A stretch of 64,000 nt of DNA from positions 6,944,001 to 7,008,000 of the forward strand of contig OU015568.1 in NCBI GenBank assembly GCA_907165135.1. Direction: 5' to 3'. The number at the start of each line of letters is the position of its first letter. Position 1 is the stretch's first letter. The notes under the pieces are model-generated. The model had not been told where the DNA came from. It made no database searches and saw nothing but the letters and a program-made list of their open reading frames with translations. Below, one piece after another: positions 33,851 through 44,659 of the stretch. The position numbers were made by a program, and so were the translations under genes. Source of the DNA: Oikopleura dioica (lineage: Eukaryota; Animalia; Chordata).

Positions 33851-36800
33851 ATGGCTTAGAGCATCATCAGAGCAATCATGAGTACCGCCTGCCTATTTTA
33901 CAGTAAATGGCTTAGAGCATCATCAGAGCAATCATGAGTACCGCCTGCCTATTTTACAGTAAATGGCTTAGAGCATCATCAGAGCAATCATGAGTACCGC
34001 CTGCCTATTTTACAGTAAATGGCTTAGAGCATCATCAGAGCAATCATGAGTACCGCCTGCCTATTTTACAGTAAATGGCTTAGAGCATCATCAGAGCAAT
34101 CATGAGTACCGCCTGCCTATTTTACAGTAAATGGCTTAGAGCATCATCAGAGCAATCATGAGTACCGCCTGCCTATTTTACAGTAAATGGCTTAGAGCAT
34201 CATCAGAGCAATCATGAGTACCGCCTGCCTATTTTACAGTAAATGGCTTAGAGCATCATCAGAGCAATCATGAGTACCGCCTGCCTATTTTACAGTAAAT
34301 GGCTTAGAGCATCATCAGAGCAATCATGAGTACCGCCTGCCTATTTTACAGTAAATGGCTTAGAGCATCATCAGAGCAATCATGAGTACCGCCTGCCTAT
34401 TTTACAGTAAATGGCTTAGAGCATCATCAGAGCAATCATGAGTACCGCCTGCCTATTTTACAGTAAATGGCTTAGAGCATCATCAGAGCAATCATGAGTA
34501 CCGCCTGCCTATTTTACAGTAAATGGCTTAGAGCATCATCAGAGCAATCATGAGTACCGCCTGCCTATTTTACAGTAAATGGCTTAGAGCATCATCAGAG
34601 CAATCATGAGTACCGCCTGCCTATTTTACAGTAAATGGCTTAGAGCATCATCAGAGCAATCATGAGTACCGCCTGCCTATTTTACAGTAAATGGCTTAGA
34701 GCATCATCAGAGCAATCATGAGTACCGCCTGCCTATTTTACAGTAAATGGCTTAGAGCATCATCAGAGCAATCATGAGTACCGCCTGCCTATTTTACAGT
34801 AAATGGCTTAGAGCATCATCAGAGCAATCATGAGTACCGCCTGCCTATTTTACAGTAAATGGCTTAGAGCATCATCAGAGCAATCATGAGTACCGCCTGC
34901 CTATTTTACAGTAAATGGCTTAGAGCATCATCAGAGCAATCATGAGTACCGCCTGCCTATTTTACAGTAAATGGCTTAGAGCATCATCAGAGCAATCATG
35001 AGTACCGCCTGCCTATTTTACAGTAAATGGCTTAGAGCATCATCAGAGCAATCATGAGTACCGCCTGCCTATTTTACAGTAAATGGCTTAGAGCATCATC
35101 AGAGCAATCATGAGTACCGCCTGCCTATTTTACAGTAAATGGCTTAGAGCATCATCAGAGCAATCATGAGTACCGCCTGCCTATTTTACAGTAAATGGCT
35201 TAGAGCATCATCAGAGCAATCATGAGTACCGCCTGCCTATTTTACAGTAAATGGCTTAGAGCATCATCAGAGCAATCATGAGTACCGCCTGCCTATTTTA
35301 CAGTAAATGGCTTAGAGCATCATCAGAGCAATCATGAGTACCGCCTGCCTATTTTACAGTAAATGGCTTAGAGCATCATCAGAGCAATCATGAGTACCGC
35401 CTGCCTATTTTACAGTAAATGGCTTAGAGCATCATCAGAGCAATCATGAGTACCGCCTGCCTATTTTACAGTAAATGGCTTAGAGCATCATCAGAGCAAT
35501 CATGAGTACCGCCTGCCTATTTTACAGTAAATGGCTTAGAGCATCATCAGAGCAATCATGAGTACCGCCTGCCTATTTTACAGTAAATGGCTTAGAGCAT
35601 CATCAGAGCAATCATGAGTACCGCCTGCCTATTTTACAGTAAATGGCTTAGAGCATCATCAGAGCAATCATGAGTACCGCCTGCCTATTTTACAGTAAAT
35701 GGCTTAGAGCATCATCAGAGCAATCATGAGTACCGCCTGCCTATTTTACAGTAAATGGCTTAGAGCATCATCAGAGCAATCATGAGTACCGCCTGCCTAT
35801 TTTACAGTAAATGGCTTAGAGCATCATCAGAGCAATCATGAGTACCGCCTGCCTATTTTACAGTAAATGGCTTAGAGCATCATCAGAGCAATCATGAGTA
35901 CCGCCTGCCTATTTTACAGTAAATGGCTTAGAGCATCATCAGAGCAATCATGAGTACCGCCTGCCTATTTTACAGTAAATGGCTTAGAGCATCATCAGAG
36001 CAATCATGAGTACCGCCTGCCTATTTTACAGTAAATGGCTTAGAGCATCATCAGAGCAATCATGAGTACCGCCTGCCTATTTTACAGTAAATGGCTTAGA
36101 GCATCATCAGAGCAATCATGAGTACCGCCTGCCTATTTTACAGTAAATGGCTTAGAGCATCATCAGAGCAATCATGAGTACCGCCTGCCTATTTTACAGT
36201 AAATGGCTTAGAGCATCATCAGAGCAATCATGAGTACCGCCTGCCTATTTTACAGTAAATGGCTTAGAGCATCATCAGAGCAATCATGAGTACCGCCTGC
36301 CTATTTTACAGTAAATGGCTTAGAGCATCATCAGAGCAATCATGAGTACCGCCTGCCTATTTTACAGTAAATGGCTTAGAGCATCATCAGAGCAATCATG
36401 AGTACCGCCTGCCTATTTTACAGTAAATGGCTTAGAGCATCATCAGAGCAATCATGAGTACCGCCTGCCTATTTTACAGTAAATGGCTTAGAGCATCATC
36501 AGAGCAATCATGAGTACCGCCTGCCTATTTTACAGTAAATGGCTTAGAGCATCATCAGAGCAATCATGAGTACCGCCTGCCTATTTTACAGTAAATGGCT
36601 TAGAGCATCATCAGAGCAATCATGAGTACCGCCTGCCTATTTTACAGTAAATGGCTTAGAGCATCATCAGAGCAATCATGAGTACCGCCTGCCTATTTTA
36701 CAGTAAATGGCTTAGAGCATCATCAGAGCAATCATGAGTACCGCCTGCCTATTTTACAGTAAATGGCTTAGAGCATCATCAGAGCAATCATGAGTACCGC

Positions 36801-36996
36801 CTGCCTATTTTACAGTAAATGGCTTAGAGCATCATCAGAGCAATCATGAGTACCGCCTGCCTATTTTACAGTAAATGGCTTAGAGCATCATCAGAGCAAT
36901 CATGAGTACCGCCTGCCTATTTTACAGTAAATGGCTTAGAGCATCATCAGAGCAATCATGAGTACCGCCTGCCTATTTTACAGTAAATGGCTTAGA
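33851..36996. repeat. Tandem satellite of ~56 apparently identical 56-bp units (AATGGCTTAGAGCATCATCAGAGCAATCATGAGTACCGCCTGCCTATTTTACAGTA)
   Basis: 4-nt phase shift per 60-nt line gives a period of 56; no spacers. Degenerate partial units at 33721-33825. Confidence 0.97.
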
Positions 36997-37588
36997 AACA
37001 GCGGCTTAAGGCCCGATTTTCGGACTGACAGACTCTCCCGCCGATTAAATAGGTATTTGACTCTGCCTGTCCCCATCCCCACCCACACCCATTTTTATAA
37101 AAACTCCAGTAGATTTAGAAGATCAGAGCTTTACGGTTTCTTAATTTGCGGAAATCCAAAATCTGGAAATGAAGAAATGGAAGAAGAAATCTGGAAATGA
37201 AGAAATTGAAGGAGAATCTGGAAATGAAGAAGTGAAGAGAGATTAATTTCAGTTTAAATAAAGTTTTAAAAGATTTATCGACATTTTGAAAGCTATTGAT
37301 TTGAGAAATTAAGATTTTTATTAATCATTCATTTCATTTTTTAAGTTGTTTAACGCTTACGTTATCTTTCACTTGCCAAAAAATGCTCGAAACTACTTTG
37401 ATTTGCTTTTCGCATGATTTTGCGAGTTACCGATCATTTTTGCTAGGTGCGATTATCATTTCAAAAGAGAAAGATGAACTTACCATAGACAATAAAGAAA
37501 AAAAGGAAAGGGTCCAAAGTTGCCGTCGTTTGGACCCTGTGAGAGACTTTTATAAATCTGACTAACTAAAACTTACAATATATTCCAG

Positions 37589-40500
37589 GATTTTGGATCG
37601 GTGGCTACGATGAGCATGAAGAATGGTTCCCCTCAATTCCCGACAACGAATTGCTCCCTGATCGACCCGACAATGGTTATCTTGGAGGTCAGTGGGGCTG
37701 GTCGAACGACATGCCTTGGAATTACGTGAACTGGGATTACGGACAGCCACAAAATCAAGGCTCAGATGACTGCGTCATGCTCAGAACTATCGATGGAAAA
37801 TGGGAGGACTTTGCTTGCACAGCTAGACTCAAAGGAATTTGCGAAAAGCGTTCAAAATCTTACAAACCGCCAGAGGACTCCTTCCCAACTTGCAAGGACG
37901 ATTCTTGTTGCAACGGTCATCTCGGAGTCGAATACGGAGGCAAAATCGCTCCCAAGAGCTTTTCATCTTCTCCAACTTTGGAAGGATACGAATGGAACAC
38001 TCGAGCACAATTTGGGCGACTAAACCAGCCAAATAAGCTCATCGATCTCAACGGCCTCAAACCAGGCAACGATGCTGCTGGAGGTTGGGTTTCTGCAGAG
38101 AGCGAGAAGAATCCCTGGTGGGCTGTGACGTTCTATGATTCTGATACTGCTTCAAAGCCATTTATCGCCGAAGTCCGTGGAATCATGACCCAGGGTCTTG
38201 CTGGTTTCAAAGCCATTCCGAAGTGGAAGCGATACACGAAAACGTATCAAGTTCAGTACGAAACGCACGATGGCGGCATGGAATACTTCTACGACAGCAA
38301 AGGAGAAATCATCACTTTCGATGGAAACTATGACAAGGACAATATTGTGACCAACTTCTTCCCTTACCCAGTTTTCACTAGAAAGATCCGAGTGATTCCA
38401 AAAACCTGGCGAACAGGTGCTGCTCTGCGAGTTGAACTGATCGGCTGCAAAAGTGGCTGTATGCACTCACTTGGTGTTTGCCAAGATCGAATTGTCAACG
38501 GAGAGAGCCCAATCAACATCATCTCCGATTCCGACATCACTGCAAGTTCAGAAGTAGCTGGCTCTGAGGCTAAAAACGCTCGACTATGCTACGACAACAA
38601 CAACTGCAAAGAACGTAACACGCCGACCAAGAAAACATACCAAGTTTACACACAAAAATCTTCATATGACAGTGCGAAGGGCAAATGCGGAAATCAACAA
38701 GGAGGTGCTGGCGTTCTTGGAGCAATTCTCAACGATAATGATCAGCAAAGTGTCCAAAGCAAAGTCCAAACTTCTTCAAATCCCGGACAAGGTGAATGCT
38801 ACTGGATTGGTCTTTCTCGACAATCCGGCCAGTGGCTTTGGGATGATGGCAGTTCTCTTACTTATGAGAATTGGGTTGCAAATGATGGTCGAAATAATGC
38901 ATGTGTCTGCATGTCTGTTGATCAACAGTTCAAATGGACAACACGCGATTGCAAAGAAGTCATGCCATATGTTTGCCAGCGAACTGAAACTGGAAAGGTC
39001 TGGGTTGCCGAGACCGCTACTGTTAACGAGTGGCTGATGGTTGATCTCGGATCTATTATGCGAATCACTGGTATCTTTACTCAAGGAGATCCACTTGGAG
39101 AAAACTGGGTCACAGAATACAGTCTTGCTTTCTCCGACAAGAACCTCAATGACTGGCACGATTATCTAAACCACGAAGGAACCGCTGTCGTCCGCTTCCG
39201 TGGCAACCACGACAGCCATGGAATCGGCGAAGGAATTCTCCGACAACCAGTTACTGCTCGTTATGTTAAAGTCAAACCGCTTAGCTGGAAGAACAGAATT
39301 GCTATGAGAATCGACATCATCGGATGCAAAACCTCACAGTCTGGTAAAATCGGATGTCAAGATAACGGACAGTCATTGGCAGAATATGGAAGTGCCATCA
39401 CTGTTGAATGCCCGCACGATTGCGATCAGGTCACTCCGGTCAATGTTTATGGAACGACAAAGTACTCGCTGGAATCAAGCGTCTGCCAAGCTGCAATTCA
39501 CGACAGTCGTGTTCAAGCTCACAACGGTGGAACCGTATCGCTCAAATTCATCGACAACACGGCGGATTTCATTGGAACAGAAGCGCATGGAATCGAATCA
39601 AATGACAGAGATGCAGAAGACCAAGCAATGATCTTCCAAAGCGATCACCTCGGTTGCGAAGAAGGCTGGGTCAAATACAGAGACATGTGTTACTACCAAC
39701 CAGCACGTGCAAATGGAAACAAAAAGCGATGGTCTGAAGCAAGAGCAATTTGCACTGAACTCGGAGGCGATCTGGCTGTGATTCCAGATAAGGCAACATC
39801 TGACTTTATTTATGCCATGATCAGAAACAATGATGACTTGAATCATGTGTGGCTTGGATTGACTGATAATGGGCATCCGAATTACTACGAAAAATGGGTT
39901 GACGACACTCCAGTTACTTTCACCAACTGGGACAGAAATCGACCAAGCTTTCATTCTGGCAACGAATGTGTTCTTGCTTACCGAGCAAGTTTCCTTTGGC
40001 ACTCAGATGACTGCAACAGAAACACAAACTATATTTGCCAGCGGCCAGTTGCTCCTACTAATCATGTCGACAAGGAAGAAGGCTGTCCTCCTGACGGATG
40101 GATTCGATTCGGAACAAAATGCTACAAATTCATGATGCAACAAGAGATCTACGTCCACGCTGAACTCAAATGCAATGGCATGATTGCAGGTCAGTCATCG
40201 CTCGTTACTGTTCCTGATAGTGCTACAAACGCTTGGCTTCATGCAAAGGTCGTTGAACTTGTTCATGCTAACGATCACACCAACTTCTGGATCGGTCTTC
40301 ACGGACAAAGCTACTCTTCTGGCCAAAATGGAACTACAATCGAATATCTCTGGGCTTCCGGAGAGTGCCCAAGCTACACAAACTGGAAAACTGGTGAACC
40401 TGGAATCAGCACTCAGTGTGTTTTCCCATTCAAATACAAGGCTCCTGGTACTGCTTTGACCAAAACATACTATGATTGCGTCGATGATCCTGAAGATCTT

Positions 40501-43500
40501 TGGTATCAAAACATTGGCGGTCCATGGTGTTCTGGAACAGATGATTTCAACCGAGATCATGAATTCTTGCCCTGCAGTGAGGACTTTTTCTACCAAGGAT
40601 GTGCGATCATGAGCCGCGAAAACGGACAGTGGTATTCCGATTGGGGCGAATTCTGGGATCCAACAGACAATTCCGGCGGTCGAGGTTGTTATGATAAGCA
40701 ACACTACATCTGCGAAGTACCCGCTGAAGAAGAAGAACGACCTCCGTGTATTCCTCGTGAGCCGATTGCTGGTCCGGAATGTCTGGGCGGTGCTGACTGG
40801 GTCGGATGGGATGACGGTGAAGCTAAATCCCACGATTGCTATTTCATCCACTCGTACGTGAACGAACCAATCGATGGTCGCGATGATGGAGTCAACTTTG
40901 GTGAAGCTGATGCTTTCTGTCGATCAATGGGTGCGAATCTTGTTTCTCTTCATAACTACGACGAAAATGCTAAATTGATCGAACTCATCAAGGACAAAGA
41001 AAGAAAAGGACTCAATGTTCGAGATTCTTATTTTATCGGCTTCAACGACAGAGGTGAGCGGGGATATCAATGGACAGATGCTACAGCGGTTGACTACACT
41101 AACTGGCTTGCTGGGCAACCTGAGAAGAATGCACCAGATGAAGAATGCGCGATGACTTATTCGGGATACGTTCAAGGTCAGTGGTACTCTGATTATTGCA
41201 ATTCACACGCTGGTTTGATCTGCGGAATTACTCGAGGTAAACAGCCAGAGCCACTGCCAACTCATCCACCAACCATCCAGCCAAGTCAAGAGTGCATGAG
41301 AACTGCTAATCCAGGCGAGACCTGGTACGAGCTTGAGCATAGAGCTGACGGAAACATCAAGTGCGTGATGGTAGTTCCAAATGATTCTGGAAATCAAGAC
41401 ACAGCTAACACCAAGTGCGCAAATCTTGGCGACGGAGGAACTTTGATCTCAATTCATCATAAAGAAGAGCTGTCGCAGTTGACAAAGATCTTACGTCAGG
41501 ACCCAAGTTATGATCAACCAGCTTATTGGATCGGTTTGCGATACAAATACGATTACTCTGATTACTTGACGAAATGGCGTTGGCTTGATGGTTCTCCCGT
41601 CGACTACGACAATTACGCTGAAGGAAATCCAAAAGACAACCAATATCTTTACGATGCAACTGTCATGCACAACGACGGACGATGGTTCACTGAAGACTAT
41701 CTAACCTCGTTCCCTTTTATTTGCCAGCGATGGCCACAAGGAGCACCAACTGCGCCTCCAGAGCCCGAGAGAAACGGTGGATGTCCGAAAGATTGGTACG
41801 ACTTTAAAAATCGCTGCTATAAGTTTTCCGGAAAGCGAGGAGCTACCGAGGAGCACTTGTCTTTTGACATGGCTGGTTTCAAATGTAGAGAACAAGAAGG
41901 AGCTCCAGAAGGGCAGTACGCTGAGCTGGCATCGGTCCCGGATGCAACTTACGACAACTTCGTCTTCGGCCATTTATATGACTCTCACGGGGCAGTCTGG
42001 CTAGGAGGCGATGCTAATCAAGCAAGAGAATGGTCTTGGCTTGATCAAACTCCCTGGGTTTTTAGCTATTGGGCCAATGGAGAACCAAATAATGCTAACA
42101 ACAACGAGTACTGCTTGTCAATGATGGTTGCAGAAAACAACGGTCGATGGAACGATGCTAATTGTCTCGATGAAAAACCATTTGTCTGCTCAATGTTCAA
42201 GGATCCATCACTTCCGGCGCCAAGTCCACCAAATCCCCACAATTGCCCAGCAGATTACAAGCCGCTTGGCGATCACTGCTATAAAGTCGTTGATAATCAA
42301 ATGGACTACGAAGCAGCAAAGGCTTCATGCGCGAATTCCGCAAGTGGATTTGGCTATGCTGGTCTTGCAACTATTCTGGACGTTCATGACAATGCCTACC
42401 TTACAGCTCTTATCAACGAGGGATCTTACACATCTGACAGCTACTGGATTGGTCTTTACACTGACAAGAATGTCGTCAATACTAATGGAACTGTCTGGCT
42501 CTGGGAGGACAATCGACCTGTCTCTTTCACAAAATGGGCAAATGGATCCCCCGTCGAACCAGCTGGAGACAAATCTTGTGTCAAAATGCAGGGTAGCGGA
42601 AGATGGGTTCAAGAAGACAACTGTAACACTGCTGCTAAATCGATCTGTAAGTTAGAGAAAAACTATAAACCAGAAAATCACGACAACCCGGGCGAAGAAC
42701 GATGTGACCCAGAATGGTGGGGATATGGCGGATACTGCTACATCTTCCGAACTGGCTGGGAGGCTACCGAGTACTGGGAAACTTCCGAAGAATGGTGCGT
42801 CAGTCAAGGAGCACATCTTGCTTCGATCAGAGATGATGAGGAGAGACGAGCACTTGCAGCAAAGAGCAACGAGGATCTTTGGATCGGACTTCGACGAGAT
42901 GAATCAAATGCATTTTCTGAGTGGTCTGACGGATCTGCACTAGCCTACACAGCTTGGATGCCTGGTGAGCCAAACGACGGCGGTGCATCTGGCATTTCAG
43001 AACCTTGTGCATTTATGAACAGCCAAGGGCTTTGGAACGATGTCACCTGTAATAACTGGAAGGGGTATGTTTGTAAGAAACCAGCTCAGATGTCTTTCTG
43101 CTCGGTTCCAATTGAGCAGCGTCATGACTGTGGATACTATGGAATCCAGCAGGACGAATGCATCGGCTACGGTTGTTGCTGGAGCCCCGTCGAGGATGGA
43201 CCCGGCTACTGGTGCTTCCATCCAAACAACAATGTCGAATGCTTGGAACAAGGAGGCCGATGTATTCCACGTGGCAAGGTTCACAATTGCGATCGAGGTG
43301 TCGTCGAAGGAATCTGTTCCAACGATGGCCACGGCGGAAATGATCAAGGCTCGGTTAACTCGCATGAAATATAAAAAACAATCTATTTTATTATTTGATA
43401 AGTCATGCGATTACCCGGAGCAGTTTGCTGCAAATCTTGCACTGATTCTCCCAAAGAATGCAAGGCGGAAGAAGATGAGTGGAGCAAGCAAGATACAGAA

Positions 43501-44190
43501 TGCGTTTTAGCTGGCGGAAAGTGCATTTTCGAAGGAAATGAGTGTAGAAACTTCATCAAGCCAGAACTGGGTTGCGGAGGTCCTAGTGATAGACAATGCT
43601 GTGCTCCTAACGTAAGCAAATGTTGAATTTTTAGAGTTCATTCGAGATTTAGAGCCCACCAACTCCAATGCCAACAACTACACACGAGACTGTGAAAACA
43701 ACTCAAACAACAAAACCAGAAGGATCTGGTGCAAATGTAGGAGCCATCGTCGCTGGTGTTTTCGTCGCCATTGTTGTTGTCGGTGCAGTTGGTCTTTACA
43801 TCGTTAAGCAGGGCAACCCACTTGGTCATCAGCAGCAGAGCTTCCAAAATCCTGGCAATGCTGGAAACGTCGATGGAGTTGTGGATGGACATGATAATCC
43901 TCTTCAGGTAAATTCGCTCGTTTTCATCTACAGCTGAGAATCTCCTTCAGGATAACGCAGACGACGACAATGGTAGCCCCGGCGGTGCAAGCGAGCCAGT
44001 AGCAACTGTCACAACTACAGAAAGCTTCAACGACACATATGCTTCCCCCGTAGAAACTCCAGCAGCACCAGCTCAACAAGAGAACGTCTACGACAGTCTG
44101 GACATTCTCGGCGAATCAACTGAGCCAGCTGCTCCTACAGCAACGACTGTATCAATTGACAACGATACCACAACGGATCTACTTTTCTAA
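37589..44190 (+). CDS. Giant type I membrane multi-C-type-lectin receptor (mannose-receptor-like) with 2 FA58C/discoidin, LCCL, FN2, trefoil and defensin-like Cys repeats; 5' exon(s) not found
   Basis: About nine CTLDs (WIGL, EPN..WND in two), FA58C motifs (ITGIFTQG, ARYVKVKPLSW..MRIDIIGC), LCCL (VYGT..Y..SSVCQAAIH), trefoil (CGYYGI..EC..GCCW..WCF), TM VGAIVAGVFVAIVVVGAVGLYIV, and a cytoplasmic tail with NVYDSL. Confidence 0.88.
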
Positions 44191-44659
44191 ACAAACAAAA
44201 ACATGGACGAGGATAAAACGCGCGGAACTGACACACGATTTCTTGGATAATGGACATTTCTTCTGTCTCTGAACTTTTTCAGAGAGGGATTTTTTCTGTA
44301 TATTTTTTTCAAACTTTTTCTTTTCCTTACCTTCTTCTGCATACGAAACGGAATAAACGTTTTTAATTCCGTGAAAGTGAGTTTTTAAAGTGTCTCTAAG
44401 AATCTCTAGATGATTTTTTATTATTTGGCAAGTTGCAAGCTTTGTCATTCAGGTATCTGAAGAGCATATTTCCGCAAGCTTCTTTCATAAACAATCCATT
44501 TCAGCGAGACAAAGGCGGATTATGAAAGGCTCCTCCCGTTGAAGCTGCTGATTCAATAAGAAAGTAAAACTCCCATGGGGACCCAGGTCTTAAATCGATA
44601 ATAATAGATTTCCAAAATAATGAAAAACTAGAATAGATCAGTAAAATGGTCGTTTTTAA

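Noticed and set aside
33851-36996. Regular repeat array as a possible CRISPR locus
   Set aside because: No unique spacers, no cas genes, eukaryotic context; it is a plain tandem satellite.
36958-37200. ORF starting in the last satellite unit
   Set aside because: Begins at the ATG present in every repeat unit; no protein-like features.
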